This document shows positions 53,785 through 64,000 of a stretch of DNA of 64,000 nucleotides, piece by piece. Positions within the stretch are counted from its first letter, which is position 1, and each line of letters starts with the position of its first letter. Origin of the DNA: Acidimicrobiia bacterium. GTDB lineage: Bacteria; Actinomycetota; Acidimicrobiia; IMCC26256; JBMOIW01. The position numbers were made by a program, and so were the translations under genes. The notes under the pieces are model-generated. The model saw only the letters and a program-made list of their open reading frames with translations. It made no database searches and had not been told where the DNA came from. The stretch is taken from positions 20,133-84,132 of the forward strand of contig JBMOIW010000001.1 in NCBI GenBank assembly GCA_049317145.1. Reading direction: 5' to 3'.

Positions 53785-54956
53785 CGGTCAATGTCTCCGA
53801 GGATGAAGTACAGCGAACCGAGGATCGTAATGACGTCGGGCACGTACGCACCGCGCAACAACCACGGCAGAATTGACACGTTGCTAAAGGATGCCGAGCG
53901 GATCTTGACGCGGAACGGACCAGTGCCGCCCTTGGAGATCACGTAGTACCCCATTTGGCCGAGCGGGTTTTCGGTCTCGACCCAAACCTCGCCTTCGGGG
54001 ACTTTGATGATGCGCGGCACCTTTGCCATCACCGGGCCAGCCGGCAACTTATCGAGCAGTTGCAGCACCATCTTGGCCGACTCGCGCGTTTCTTCGAGAC
54101 GAACGATATAGCGCGCAAACGAGTCGCCGTCCGTGTGCGTGTGCACCTTGAAGTCAAGATCGCGATAGGCGAGGTACGGCTTGCCGTCACGACGGAGATC
54201 CCAATCGACACCCGACGCACGCAAGTTCGAGCCGGACACGCCGTACTCGGCGCCCAAGTCGCCCGGGATGATTCCGATGGACTTGGTGCGCGTCGCAAAG
54301 ATCTCGTTGCCAACGACCAATTTCTCGAAGGTGTCGCAGGATTCGAACACCACCTTCATCGCTTCGCGCGTCTCGGCAATCCAGCCCCACGGCAGGTCTT
54401 CCTTGAGTCCACCGATTCGGTTGAAGTTGGGGTGGAACCGACCACCGGTGGCAGCCTCGATGAGGTTCAAGACGTATTCGCGGTCGCGGAACCCGTAGAA
54501 GGCTGGTGTAATTGCGCCGATCTGGAGTCCCATTTCGCCGAGGAACAACAAGAACGTGGCAATGCGCGAGAGCTCCGTGAGAATCGTGCGGATGTACACC
54601 GCACGATCCGGCGCTTCGATCCCCATGAGTTGTTCGGCAGCATCGATAAACGGGACTTCGTTGGCGAAACTCGACAGCCAGTCGATGCGATTGATCAACG
54701 TCGTGACTTGCGGGTACGTGCGGAACTCGGTGAGTTTCTCGTAGCCGCGGTGCATGTACCCGATGACTGGATCGGCAGAAATGACGCGCTCACCGTCGAG
54801 GCGCACTACCAGGCGCAACGTTCCGTGCGTCGCCGGGTGTTGTGGCCCAAGGTTCAGAATCATGTCGCCGGTGTCGAGCTCGACGTTGATTTGTGCGTCG
54901 GCCAAGTGACGCAGTGCCCCTGCAGGGATTTCGAACTGTTCGCCAGTCGTCGTCAC
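53781..54956 (-). CDS. nuoD: NADH-quinone oxidoreductase subunit D (11-gene operon)
   Basis: 391 aa containing LNLGPQHPATHGTLRLVVRLDGE and GYMHRGYEKL. Its stop overlaps the nuoH start by 4 nt, so no nuoE/F/G lies between. Confidence 0.94.
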   Translation of the reverse strand: MTTTGEQFEIPAGALRHLADAQINVELDTGDMILNLGPQHPATHGTLRLVVRLDGERVISADPVIGYMHRGYEKLTEFRTYPQVTTLINRIDWLSSFANEVPFIDAAEQLMGIEAPDRAVYIRTILTELSRIATFLLFLGEMGLQIGAITPAFYGFRDREYVLNLIEAATGGRFHPNFNRIGGLKEDLPWGWIAETREAMKVVFESCDTFEKLVVGNEIFATRTKSIGIIPGDLGAEYGVSGSNLRASGVDWDLRRDGKPYLAYRDLDFKVHTHTDGDSFARYIVRLEETRESAKMVLQLLDKLPAGPVMAKVPRIIKVPEGEVWVETENPLGQMGYYVISKGGTGPFRVKIRSASFSNVSILPWLLRGAYVPDVITILGSLYFILGDIDR

Positions 54957-55645
54957 TCGTCACCACCTGCTTCGCCGGGCATCGGCTCCACGTCAACCAG
55001 TCCCGGCCAGGGCTTGACCACGCGAGCGAGCAACGGGAAGTCCTTACGCAACGGATGTCCTTCGAATTCGCCGGGCAGGTACAGATGCCGCAACGCCGGG
55101 TGCCCAGAAAACACGATTCCGTACATCTCCCAGGTTTCGCGCTCGTGCCAATCGGCGCCGGGGTACACGCTCACCCACGATGCAATCGTGGGTTGGGTCT
55201 CGCTCACGTCGGCTTTGAGCGTGACGCCCCAATGCTCCGAAGTGGACTCAACGTGGGCGAATACTTGAAAGCGCCCGGCAGAACCCGCAGCACCAAAGGT
55301 CATCTCGGTTGGCTGCGCGGGCGTCGAGGTGTCGCCTTCGTCGTCTGACTCTTTGGGCGCCGGCATCCAGTCAATGCCGCTCACAAAACTCAAGTAGTCG
55401 CATTCGAGCGCGTGACGCGCGACGTTGGCGACATCCGCCCATCGGTCCGCGGCAACGCGCACACATAAGGTGCCGAATACGTCGGCATGTTCGAGGATTG
55501 CGTCGGCGCCGAGCTCGGCTTCGAGACGCGCCAAGAGGATCGCCTCGGTATCGTCGAGTGCAACGCCCACCGGTGCGTTTTCGGTTGCGGGAGTCACCTC
55601 ATCATCAGCCAACGACGATCGGCTCCCCGCGCCAACGACGAGCAA
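54953..55645 (-). CDS. nuoC: NADH-quinone oxidoreductase subunit C (11-gene operon)
   Basis: It contains NuoC blocks ([35 protein letters not shown]). The start is uncertain: the track TTG at 55645 overlaps nuoB by 41 nt. Confidence 0.88.
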   Translation of the reverse strand: MLVVGAGSRSSLADDEVTPATENAPVGVALDDTEAILLARLEAELGADAILEHADVFGTLCVRVAADRWADVANVARHALECDYLSFVSGIDWMPAPKESDDEGDTSTPAQPTEMTFGAAGSAGRFQVFAHVESTSEHWGVTLKADVSETQPTIASWVSVYPGADWHERETWEMYGIVFSGHPALRHLYLPGEFEGHPLRKDFPLLARVVKPWPGLVDVEPMPGEAGGDE

Positions 55646-56132
55646 GCCCGTCGTTACCGATACCTTCGTTTTGGATGCGCTCCTGCAACAGCGTCACGCC
55701 TTGGATCAAGGCTTCAGGACGCGGCGGACATCCGGGGATGTACACATCAACGGGCAAGATCTGATCGATACCTTTGGTGACCGAGTACGAGTCCCAGTAC
55801 GGGCCGCCGCAGTTCGCGCAGCTCCCCATACTGATGACGTACTTCGGGTCCGGCATCTGCTCGTACAACCGCAGAATTGCCGGCGCCATTTTGTCGGTCA
55901 CGGTGCCCGAAACCACCATCAGGTCGGCTTGGCGCGGGCTGGCCGGGAACGGGATGACTCCGATCCGCATCATGTCGTATCGCGGGCTGGCCAACGCTGC
56001 GCCCATTTCGATTGCGCAACATGCCAATCCCCACTGGAACATCCACAGCGAGTACTTGCGGCTGTAGTTGAGGAGCCACGTCACCGGCTTGACCGGCTTT
56101 TTGGAGAGGAGACCTTTTTCGACTAGGCCCAT
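55605..56132 (-). CDS. nuoB: NADH-quinone oxidoreductase subunit B (11-gene operon)
   Basis: The internal ATG at 56132 gives 175 aa with the N2-cluster cysteines ([27 protein letters not shown]). Confidence 0.93.
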   Translation of the reverse strand: MGLVEKGLLSKKPVKPVTWLLNYSRKYSLWMFQWGLACCAIEMGAALASPRYDMMRIGVIPFPASPRQADLMVVSGTVTDKMAPAILRLYEQMPDPKYVISMGSCANCGGPYWDSYSVTKGIDQILPVDVYIPGCPPRPEALIQGVTLLQERIQNEGIGNDGLARRWRGEPIVVG

Positions 56133-56554
56133 CGCAGCACACCTTTCCGCCACGCGTACACCAAGCCCAGCGCCAGCAGCGCAACAAAGACTGTCATGCT
56201 GACGAGACCGTACGTACCGAGAGCCGGAACCCCATAAGCGTTTGTGCCAAGGATGATGGCCCACGGCAAGATGAACACGGCTTCAACGTCAAAGATCACA
56301 AAGAGCAGTGCGTAGACGTAGTACCGAACGTTCGACTGCCCGAAACTCCCGACCGGGTCAGAGCCCGACTCGTACGCAATGTACTTCTGTGCTTCGGGGT
56401 GGTTCGGACGCAACAAGCTACCGACGCCCAACATAATGACGACGAGCGCAATCGCCGCAGCCATAAAGACTGCTACCGCGACGTAGTTGCGGTAGTACTC
56501 AGTAAGCGCCGACGTTGCGAGTGCAGTCGGGGCCGTCCAATCGTTGAGGGTCAC
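56123..56554 (-). CDS. nuoA: NADH-quinone oxidoreductase subunit A (11-gene operon)
   Basis: 143 aa with a GTG start preceded by GGGAGAG. It contains YESGSDPVG and [15 protein letters not shown]. Confidence 0.9.
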   Translation of the reverse strand: MTLNDWTAPTALATSALTEYYRNYVAVAVFMAAAIALVVIMLGVGSLLRPNHPEAQKYIAYESGSDPVGSFGQSNVRYYVYALLFVIFDVEAVFILPWAIILGTNAYGVPALGTYGLVSMTVFVALLALGLVYAWRKGVLRWA

Positions 56555-56584
56555 GAACGCTCTCCCTGCGTTACAAGCGGGCGC

Positions 56585-56590
56585 AGTATA
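56585..56590 (-). promoter_or_regulatory. -10-like hexamer TATACT in the 79-nt gap between the two nuo gene sets
   Basis: The minus strand reads TATACT 30 nt upstream of the nuoA GTG. No convincing -35 element and no terminator hairpin were seen in the gap. Confidence 0.2.
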
Positions 56591-56633
56591 GGTCTGCCCT
56601 CGATCGCCGCCTCAGGATTGTTCCTTTGTGCGC

Positions 56634-58166
56634 TCATGAGAACTTCGCGATCGCGTCGGCAGCGAGATGCACCAGCCACTGCGGGAAAACCCCCACGGCA
56701 AGGACCAGGCCTGCGCAGACAACCATAACTGCGCCGGTCGTCCAACGCACGAGCACGGGAGGCTCTTCCAGGGTGACGTCGTGCTCGTCTTCGGACATGT
56801 ACATCTGCACCACGATGCGCAGGTAATAAAAAGCGGCGACGGCTGCGGCCAACATCCCGACGATTGCAAGCCAATAGATCTGCGTGTTCACTGCCGCAGC
56901 AAATACCCCGAACTTGGCGATAAAGCCGGCCGTGAAGGGGACACCGGCTTGCGCCAGCACGAAGAACGCCAAGAAGCCGGCAACGATTGGATGACGGCGT
57001 GCCAGCCCGCGGTACTGGTCGAGTCCACTGCGCTCATCGGTGCCGCTGACCCAAGAAATTGTGGCGAACGCGCCAATGATCATCACGGTATAAATCGCCA
57101 GATAGACCAGCGCCGCTTGGAGCCCTTGGCTGGTCCCGGTCGACACCCCGATCAAGATGTATCCCGCGTTCGCAATCGAGGAGTACGCCAGGATCCGCTT
57201 GACATCGGATTGCACCAGCGCCGCGATAGATCCGACCGCCAAGGACAACACCGCAAGCACCCACACCACGGGTTGCCACACCGGAGTCGAGGTCTGGAAC
57301 GCAATGGCAAGGAGACGGATCAACGCTGCAAACCCAGCGACCTTGGTGGCCGACGCCATAAATGCTGTGACCGGAGTCGGCGCGCCTTGGTACACGTCCG
57401 GTGTCCACATGTGGAACGGTGCCGCCGCCACCTTGAACGCAAAACCCACCACGATCAGCAACGCACCGATCAAGAACAGCGTCGGCGCGTGTCCGAGGGG
57501 GTTCGCAAAGTACGTCGCGATGGAAGGACCCTCTGAAGTGACGATCCGCGTCGTGCCGGTTGTGCCGTAGACGAGCGCCGCACCGTAGAGAAACACCGCC
57601 GATGCAAACGCACCCAAAACGAAATACTTCAGGCCTGCCTCTTGTGATTCGCGCCGGCGGCGATCGAATGCTGCCAGCACGTACAGCGGAATCGAAAGCA
57701 ATTCGAGCGCCACGAACACGACGAGCAGATCGTTGGCGGTCGTCATGGCAATCATGCCTGCACCCGACAGCAACATCAGCGCGAGGTACTCGCTCGTGGC
57801 GACACCGGGCCGCAACAAGAACGCCGTAGAAAGCAACAACACCAACAGCAGCGCAACGCATACGAGCACGCCGAGATACACCGCAAACCGATCGACGACA
57901 ACAGTGCCGGAAAATGCGATGTAGCTGCCGCCTTTGTTCGGCGACGTTTCTTGCCACTGCACAACGAGACCGCCAGCCGCGCCGAACACCGATGCGATTG
58001 CGATCCACATTGCAACCGGGTTGGCCCATGATTCACCGTGCGACATCGATCGCAACAGCACGATGACCGTAGCGCCGAGCACCAGCATGACCACCGGAAG
58101 AATTGCCGGCAGATAGTGCAGCGAACCGGTGGCGATCGGGTCTTGAATCGCGAGCAGCATCGTCAT
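56634..58166 (-). CDS. nuoN: NADH-quinone oxidoreductase subunit N (upstream operon)
   Basis: 510-aa antiporter-like subunit containing AAPFHMWTPDVYQGAPTPVTAF. It is last in the H-I-J-K-L-M-N order. Confidence 0.9.
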   Translation of the reverse strand: MTMLLAIQDPIATGSLHYLPAILPVVMLVLGATVIVLLRSMSHGESWANPVAMWIAIASVFGAAGGLVVQWQETSPNKGGSYIAFSGTVVVDRFAVYLGVLVCVALLLVLLLSTAFLLRPGVATSEYLALMLLSGAGMIAMTTANDLLVVFVALELLSIPLYVLAAFDRRRRESQEAGLKYFVLGAFASAVFLYGAALVYGTTGTTRIVTSEGPSIATYFANPLGHAPTLFLIGALLIVVGFAFKVAAAPFHMWTPDVYQGAPTPVTAFMASATKVAGFAALIRLLAIAFQTSTPVWQPVVWVLAVLSLAVGSIAALVQSDVKRILAYSSIANAGYILIGVSTGTSQGLQAALVYLAIYTVMIIGAFATISWVSGTDERSGLDQYRGLARRHPIVAGFLAFFVLAQAGVPFTAGFIAKFGVFAAAVNTQIYWLAIVGMLAAAVAAFYYLRIVVQMYMSEDEHDVTLEEPPVLVRWTTGAVMVVCAGLVLAVGVFPQWLVHLAADAIAKFS

Positions 58167-59722
58167 CGCGTTCCCTTACTCAGCGGGCAATCGTCCGGGG
58201 TCTCGGCACCCGCGCGTTCGGGTTGGACGTAGTCCGAATTCGCTTCCACGTGGGCAACAACACAAGCCGCACTGGGTTCGATGCGCGACAACATCGGCTT
58301 CGGATACACCCCGAGAAAGAAGCTCAACGCAAGCAACGGCACAACACACGCCAGCTCGCGCCAATTGATTTCGGGCATCGCTGCGGTTGCTTCGTCGGGC
58401 ACCCCGGTAAATGAGCGTTGAAAGGCCCACAACAAATACAGCGCCGCAAGAATCACGCCGACCGACGAAACGATGGCGTACGGGCGATGCACCAGGAAGG
58501 TTCCGAGCAACGCGAGGAACTCGCCCACGAATCCCGAGAAGCCCGGCAAACCGATGGACGCAAATACGGCGATCAAGAACAGGCCACCGAGCAGCGGTGT
58601 TGCTTTCCATATTCCGCGAAACGCGGAAATCAAGCGAGTGTGGCGACGGTCGTAGAGCATGCCGACCAATAAGAACAGTGCTCCGGTGGTGAGGCCGTGA
58701 CTGACCATTGTGAACACGCCACCTTCGATACCGATGACGGTGATGGCGAAGATGCCCAGGACCACGAAACCCAGGTGGGCAATCGAGGAGTACGCAATCA
58801 AACGCTTGAGGTCCGGTTGCATTGTCGCAACTACGGCGCCGTAGATGATGCCAATCGTTGCAAGCACGAGGAACACCCAAGCGAACCGCGCCGATGCGCC
58901 CGGGAACAACCCCAACGAGAAGCGCAAGAATCCGTACGTTCCCATCTTCAGCAGCACGCCGGCCAGGATGACCGAGCCGGCGGTCGGTGCTTCGGTGTGC
59001 GCATCCGGAAGCCACGTGTGTAGCGGGAACAGCGGGACTTTGACAGCGAACGCCACCCCGAACGCGAAGAACAACCATGCCGCAGTTGCAGTCGCTAACC
59101 CATTCGGTGCCCACTTCGCAAGCGCCACGTAATCAAAGGTCAGCGTGCCGGTCGCCGATTGATGCAAGAACGCAACCGCCAGGATTCCGACGAACAAGAA
59201 CGCCGATCCCGCCATCGTGAAGACAAAGAACTTCAGCGCCGCGTAGACCCGTCGACCATGGCCCCATTTGCCGATGATGAAATACATCGGGACCAACACG
59301 ATCTCGAAGAACAAGAAGAACACAATGAGATCAAGCCCAAGGAACACGCCCATGACGGCGCTTTCCAAGATCAGCATCCACACGATGAACGCTTTGGGGG
59401 ATTCAATCTTGTGGGAAGCGAGCAGCCCGATGGGAAAGAGCAATCCGGTAAGTACCACCATGAACAAGCTCAGGCCATCCACCCCAAGCTGCCAGCGAAT
59501 CCCCAGTGCGGGAATCCAGGATGCCGACTCGGTGAACTGGAACGCGCCGGAGTGCGGATTGAATTGCCACAACAGTGCGAACGACAAGCCGGCCGCCGCG
59601 ACAGTGAACGCGTACCCCAACGCCCGAACTACATCGGGTCGACGGTTCGGCATGCACAGCGCGAGCACTGCGCCGGCTGCGGGCGTGAGGATGAGTGCCG
59701 TGAGAATCGGGAAGCCGTTCAT
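58163..59722 (-). CDS. nuoM: NADH-quinone oxidoreductase subunit M (upstream operon)
   Basis: The internal ATG at 59722 (ATGA overlap with the nuoL stop) gives 519 aa containing PLFPLHTWLPDAHTEAPTAGSV. Confidence 0.92.
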   Translation of the reverse strand: MNGFPILTALILTPAAGAVLALCMPNRRPDVVRALGYAFTVAAAGLSFALLWQFNPHSGAFQFTESASWIPALGIRWQLGVDGLSLFMVVLTGLLFPIGLLASHKIESPKAFIVWMLILESAVMGVFLGLDLIVFFLFFEIVLVPMYFIIGKWGHGRRVYAALKFFVFTMAGSAFLFVGILAVAFLHQSATGTLTFDYVALAKWAPNGLATATAAWLFFAFGVAFAVKVPLFPLHTWLPDAHTEAPTAGSVILAGVLLKMGTYGFLRFSLGLFPGASARFAWVFLVLATIGIIYGAVVATMQPDLKRLIAYSSIAHLGFVVLGIFAITVIGIEGGVFTMVSHGLTTGALFLLVGMLYDRRHTRLISAFRGIWKATPLLGGLFLIAVFASIGLPGFSGFVGEFLALLGTFLVHRPYAIVSSVGVILAALYLLWAFQRSFTGVPDEATAAMPEINWRELACVVPLLALSFFLGVYPKPMLSRIEPSAACVVAHVEANSDYVQPERAGAETPDDCPLSKGTR

Positions 59723-61770
59723 TGTCCGAACCGCTCCGAAAGATCGCCGAAGCGCACCACGAGATAGCTGACGATCACCACGACCCCGATCATGATCCAC
59801 AGCGCGTACTGACGAAGACGACCGGTCTGTACGCGGCGAAGTCCTTCGCCGCCGGTACGGAATAACCAACCGACGCCGTTCACGGCGCCGTCGATGATGC
59901 GCTGATCGAATACGTCAGCGGTCCACGTTGCAACTGCGCGCAACGGTCCGCCGACGACGCGCGCAACGGCGTCATCGATGTACCACGCGTGTGCGAGGAA
60001 TCGCGTGGGCCCATGACCGAGCGCTTTCGGGAGCGGATCGCCGTCCGGTGTCACCAGGCCCTTGCGATACAACTTGGTGGCCATTGCGATGCCGGTTGCG
60101 GCGATCACCACTGCGACCACGGCCAGACCGATGAGCACCGCCGGAGCTTCGTGCGGAATCTCCGGTGCGCCCGGGTAGGCAAAGACCGGTTCAAGCCACT
60201 CGGTCAAGAACTCCAGACCATGGAACGGCAATGCCAACACTCCGCCGATGATCGCAAGGACACCGAGGACCAACACGGGAATCCACATCGTGGGTGGTGT
60301 CTCGTGCGGATCGTGCGCCAGCGCCGGCGGGTGCGGCGGATCGTCGGGACCAACCGTAAATGTTGCGGTCGGATCATGCGGGTGCGGGTGCGCGTCCGCT
60401 GGCGCACGGAACCGCTCGTTTCCGAAGAACACCAACAATGTTTCGCGCGACATGTAGAACGCAGTGAGCAGCGCGGCGAGCAGCCCCACCCCCCAAACGA
60501 GGTACCCCTCCCAGCCGCCAACGGCAAAGGCTTTGCCGAGGATTTCGTCTTTCGACCAAAACCCCGAGAACGGGGGGACGCCGGCGATGGCGAGCCACGC
60601 CACGATGAATGCAAACGATGTGATGGGCAGGTACTTGCGCATCCCACCCATCGTGCGGATGTCCTGGTTTTCGGCACTCTCGTGAATTACCGAACCCGAA
60701 CCAAGGAACAACGTCGCCTTGAAGAACGCGTGCGTAATGACATGGAAGATCGCAGCGGCGAATGCACCAACACCCAACGCGAGGAACATGAACCCAAGCT
60801 GGCTTACGGTGGAATACGCAAGGACGCGCTTGATGTCGTTTTGCACCAACGCTGCGGTTGCGGCGTACAACGCAGTACCAGCACCGACGAGCGCAATGAC
60901 CGTCCCGGCAGTACCACCACTTTGCGACACGATGGGCGCCGCCCGTGCGATGAGATACACGCCTGCGGTCACCATCGTGGCGGCGTGAATCAGTGCCGAC
61001 ACCGGGGTCGGACCTTCCATGGCGTCCGGCAACCAGATGTGCATTGGGAACTGTGCGCTCTTTCCGGCCGCACCCAAGAACAGCAACAACGCAATTGCCG
61101 TTGCAGTACCGGCAGCAAGCGTGCCTGCAGCTTGGTTGACCTGCACGTAATCAAGGCTGCCGATTGTTCCGAAGATCAGGAACATCGCCAACATGACGCC
61201 GAAGTCACCAACGCGGTTGGTCACAAACGCTTTCTTGCCTCCAACTGCGGCTGCTGTGCGTTCAAACCAAAACGAAATGAGGAGGTACGAGCACAAGCCC
61301 ACACCTTCCCAGCCGAGGAACGTAGTGAGGTAGCTCGAGCCGAGCACGAGCACCAGCATCGACGCGGCGAACAAGTTGAGATACGCGAAGAATCGGCTGA
61401 AGCGGGGATCGCCGTGCATGTACCCGATGGAGTACAGGTGGATGAGGGTGGCAATCCCGCTGATGAACAACACAAACGCCATTGAGAGCGGGTCAACGAG
61501 CGTCCCGAACGACACCTCAAAGCGTCCCGCCGCGATCCAAGTGAAGAGCGTGTGGACATTACCCAGTCGTTCTTCGGCCGGCAGGCTCCGCAGCGAAAAG
61601 AACATTGCAACGGCGTATACGAACGACAGCCCCATCATCAGGGTTGCGAGAACGCCGGCCCACGGTTCACGCATACGCTTGCCGATCAAGAGCAGGATCA
61701 CTGCGCCCGCGAACGGAAGCGCCGGAACAATCCACGCGCCATTGAGCACGTCATGCGCGCTCATACCCAT
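59719..61770 (-). CDS. nuoL: NADH-quinone oxidoreductase subunit L (upstream operon)
   Basis: 683 aa containing AQFPMHIWLPDAMEGPTPVSALIHAATMV. Confidence 0.93.
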   Translation of the reverse strand: MGMSAHDVLNGAWIVPALPFAGAVILLLIGKRMREPWAGVLATLMMGLSFVYAVAMFFSLRSLPAEERLGNVHTLFTWIAAGRFEVSFGTLVDPLSMAFVLFISGIATLIHLYSIGYMHGDPRFSRFFAYLNLFAASMLVLVLGSSYLTTFLGWEGVGLCSYLLISFWFERTAAAVGGKKAFVTNRVGDFGVMLAMFLIFGTIGSLDYVQVNQAAGTLAAGTATAIALLLFLGAAGKSAQFPMHIWLPDAMEGPTPVSALIHAATMVTAGVYLIARAAPIVSQSGGTAGTVIALVGAGTALYAATAALVQNDIKRVLAYSTVSQLGFMFLALGVGAFAAAIFHVITHAFFKATLFLGSGSVIHESAENQDIRTMGGMRKYLPITSFAFIVAWLAIAGVPPFSGFWSKDEILGKAFAVGGWEGYLVWGVGLLAALLTAFYMSRETLLVFFGNERFRAPADAHPHPHDPTATFTVGPDDPPHPPALAHDPHETPPTMWIPVLVLGVLAIIGGVLALPFHGLEFLTEWLEPVFAYPGAPEIPHEAPAVLIGLAVVAVVIAATGIAMATKLYRKGLVTPDGDPLPKALGHGPTRFLAHAWYIDDAVARVVGGPLRAVATWTADVFDQRIIDGAVNGVGWLFRTGGEGLRRVQTGRLRQYALWIMIGVVVIVSYLVVRFGDLSERFGQ

Positions 61771-61795
61771 CCCCCCGTGGAATTCACTGTGTTCC

Positions 61796-62101
61796 CTAGC
61801 CCTTCAGCAGATCTACATCGTCGGCGGTAACGCCGCGGCGACGACGGAAAATCGAAACGATAATTGCGAGCCCGACGGCGACTTCGGCCGCCGCAACAAC
61901 CAATACGAAGAACACCGCAGTCTGGCCGGTGACATCGTTGAGCACATTCGAGTACGTGACGAATGTGAGGTTCGCGGCGTTGAGCATGAGCTCTACGCAC
62001 ATGAACATGACAATGGTGTTGCGACGCACGAGCAGTCCGACTGCGCCGATCGTGAATATCAACAGGGCGACGACGAGGTAGTAATTCGCCGTAATGGTCA
62101 T
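61796..62101 (-). CDS. nuoK: NADH-quinone oxidoreductase subunit K (upstream operon)
   Basis: 101 aa containing [15 protein letters not shown]. Confidence 0.93.
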   Translation of the reverse strand: MTITANYYLVVALLIFTIGAVGLLVRRNTIVMFMCVELMLNAANLTFVTYSNVLNDVTGQTAVFFVLVVAAAEVAVGLAIIVSIFRRRRGVTADDVDLLKG

Positions 62102-62694
62102 GAGTTCACCTCTGTTGGCGGGTTCGGATCGACGACCACCATGTGCTCGGCTTCGAGCGCGAGCTCGTCATCCACCGGCGTACGCCGGGCCAGAACAACC
62201 GCACCGACGACCGCGATCACCAGCAATGCGGCAACGAGTTCGAAGGGCCACACGTAACTCGTAAAGATGCTCTGCGCAACGACTTCGATGTTGCCGTACT
62301 GCGGCGACGACAATGAGCAGGCGGTGCCGGCGGCACACGCCGGGCCATGGGTCCACGCAACGCCAGAGACCGCAATGATCTCCACGATCAGCAACAACCC
62401 AAGACCAATCGCCAGCGGACGTTGGAACTCCAACGGTTCCCGCATCGTCTCGCGCTTGTCGACACCCAACAACGTGATAACGAAGAGAAACAACACTACG
62501 ACGGCGGACGCATACACGATGATCTGCACTGCCGCGACGAGCTGCGCGTCCTGCATCACAAAAAACACCGCCATGCCGACGAGCGCTTGCACCAAGAACA
62601 GCGCCGAGTGCACGGGGTTTCGGGCGAGGATGACGCCGAGCGCACCGACCAGAACAATCGCTGCGGTAACGAAGAACAGAATGACCGTGATCAA
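62098..62694 (-). CDS. nuoJ: NADH-quinone oxidoreductase subunit J (upstream operon)
   Basis: 198-aa membrane protein containing [40 protein letters not shown]. Confidence 0.9.
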   Translation of the reverse strand: MITVILFFVTAAIVLVGALGVILARNPVHSALFLVQALVGMAVFFVMQDAQLVAAVQIIVYASAVVVLFLFVITLLGVDKRETMREPLEFQRPLAIGLGLLLIVEIIAVSGVAWTHGPACAAGTACSLSSPQYGNIEVVAQSIFTSYVWPFELVAALLVIAVVGAVVLARRTPVDDELALEAEHMVVVDPNPPTEVNS

Positions 62695-63383
62695 TGGACA
62701 TCCTCTGGGTTGTGTGCACCGGGGGTGTGGACGTAGCCGGGTCGACCTCCCGGAATCGTTGTTTCGATGAACTCCTCGGACGCACCTTCGTCGGCGGACA
62801 AGGTCTGACCGCCTTCGGGGGCGCGCACGCCGAATCCCAGTTCACCGGACCAGCCGATGCGCCCTTCGTACGCCGCATTACCGGCCGGCGCCGTGGCGCG
62901 CATCCACGCACTGGTGTGATCGTCTTCGCCGCCGAGCCAGAGTTCCCACGGCTGACGGCGAGCCCGTCCCTCGTCGTCCACGACAAGCTCGGATTTGGTG
63001 TAGATGGCGTCTTCGCGATTGGTGAACGAGAACTCGAAGAGTTTCGTCTCGGTAATTGCTTCGGTGGGACACGCCTCGACGCACATATCGCAGTGGATGC
63101 ACCGCAAGTAGTTGATCTCGTACACGAAGCCGTACCGCTCACCGGGAGACACCGGCGCGTCGGTCGGGTTGTCTGCGCCGCGCACATAGATGCACTTTGC
63201 GGGGCATACGCCAGCGCACAGCTCGCATCCAATGCACTTTTCCATGCCGTCCTCGTAGCGATTGAGGACGTGACGACCGTGAAAGCGTTCGGGCTTGGGC
63301 CGCTTGACCTCGGGATACGAGGTCGTGACACGCCGACGGAACATCTGCGCGAACGTGATTTTGAAGCCGGTGAAACGACCCAT
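62691..63383 (-). CDS. nuoI: NADH-quinone oxidoreductase subunit I (upstream operon, with about 70-aa C-terminal extension)
   Basis: 230 aa with two 4Fe-4S motifs ([12 protein letters not shown] and [12 protein letters not shown]). Confidence 0.92.
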   Translation of the reverse strand: MGRFTGFKITFAQMFRRRVTTSYPEVKRPKPERFHGRHVLNRYEDGMEKCIGCELCAGVCPAKCIYVRGADNPTDAPVSPGERYGFVYEINYLRCIHCDMCVEACPTEAITETKLFEFSFTNREDAIYTKSELVVDDEGRARRQPWELWLGGEDDHTSAWMRATAPAGNAAYEGRIGWSGELGFGVRAPEGGQTLSADEGASEEFIETTIPGGRPGYVHTPGAHNPEDVH

Positions 63384-64000
63384 TACTGCTCACCTCGCGG
63401 TGCGAGGTCACGCGCAACGCCCACGGGATCAAAGTCCCCGACATCCGCGCTCGGCATGCACACCCACAGAATCAGGTACACGAGTCCGGCGCCGGCGGCC
63501 GCCATCGCCGCAACAACAATCGACGTAAACGCCGTGCTACCACCAACGAAGTCCCAGTTCGCTTCCTGCGAGAAGCGGATAACCGCCGACACCATGACCC
63601 ACAAGAACGCGATTTCGATGAGGTATTTCCAACCGAAGTTCATGAGGCGGTCGTAACGCAAGCGCGGCAGCGCCGCGCGCAGCCACACCGTGCAGAACAG
63701 CAACACCAGCAACTTGGCAGTGAAATACACCACCGGCATGATCCAAGCGTTGACAACACCTTGTGCAGCAAGTCCCGGGATCGCCGGGCCAGACGGGCCG
63801 CCCAAGAACAATGTGACGGCGATCGCCGACATCGTGATGACGTTCATGAACTCGGCCAGAAAGAAGATGGCGAAGCGAATGCCGGTGTACTCGGTGTGGA
63901 AGCCACCGACGAGTTCCTGCTCGGCTTCGACCAAATCGAAGGGCGGGTGATTGGTCTCGGCGACCGCAGCGATAAGGAACAACACAAACGCCACCAGCGC
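63383..64000 (-). CDS. nuoH: NADH-quinone oxidoreductase subunit H (upstream operon), 5'-truncated by the window edge
   Basis: The C-terminal approximately 205 aa contain [27 protein letters not shown]. The ORF runs off the window. Confidence 0.9.
   Translation of the reverse strand, partial: ALVAFVLFLIAAVAETNHPPFDLVEAEQELVGGFHTEYTGIRFAIFFLAEFMNVITMSAIAVTLFLGGPSGPAIPGLAAQGVVNAWIMPVVYFTAKLLVLLFCTVWLRAALPRLRYDRLMNFGWKYLIEIAFLWVMVSAVIRFSQEANWDFVGGSTAFTSIVVAAMAAAGAGLVYLILWVCMPSADVGDFDPVGVARDLAPRGEQ

Noticed and set aside
62168-63331. 387-aa minus-strand ORF overlapping nuoJ/nuoI. Related cases are 48328-49500 (390 aa) and 57034-58029 (331 aa).
   Set aside because: These are same-strand alternative frames of nuo genes. 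Their Arg/Ser/Pro-rich composition is typical of off-frame translation, and the conserved nuo frames explain the DNA.

Overview
GC-rich, actinobacterial-type chromosomal segment; the lineage guess rests on gene order and protein sequences only and no search was run. Positions 59-39598 form an almost unbroken minus-strand translation/transcription supercluster. Its order is glmM, rpsI-rplM, truA, the alpha, spc and S10 ribosomal operons, then tuf-fusA-rpsG-rpsL, rpoC-rpoB, rplL-rplJ, rplA-rplK, nusG-secE, tRNA-Trp, rpmG, tRNA-Met and tRNA-Thr. Four non-canonical insertions interrupt it: a divergent lipoprotein gene, a 1.1-kb insert between rpsJ and rplC, a PLP-dependent decarboxylase between rplA and rplJ, and an ECF sigma/anti-sigma pair between tRNA-Trp and rpmG. 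Positions 39.6-43.1 kb are a small accessory patch: a PAT-type GNAT, tRNA-Tyr, yajQ, an orphan two-gene cassette of unknown function, and a PNK-type HAD phosphatase. Acetyl-CoA synthetase follows. Two nuo (respiratory complex I) gene sets then lie head-to-tail on the minus strand. The upstream set is seen only as the end of an operon (nuoH partial, then I-N). The downstream set is complete at 11 genes (nuoABCD-HIJKLMN) and lacks nuoEFG. Its last gene is GTGA-coupled to a MidA/NDUFAF7-family methyltransferase. The best candidates for something new are the ATGA-coupled, apparently leaderless cassette at 40850-42570, the nuo-linked MidA methyltransferase with the EFG-less complex I, the split S10 operon, and a His-Asp repeat tail on ribosomal protein L22. 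No CRISPR array, integrase, transposase or rRNA was seen. Many long ORFs in the track are antisense or alternative-frame artefacts of GC-rich DNA.
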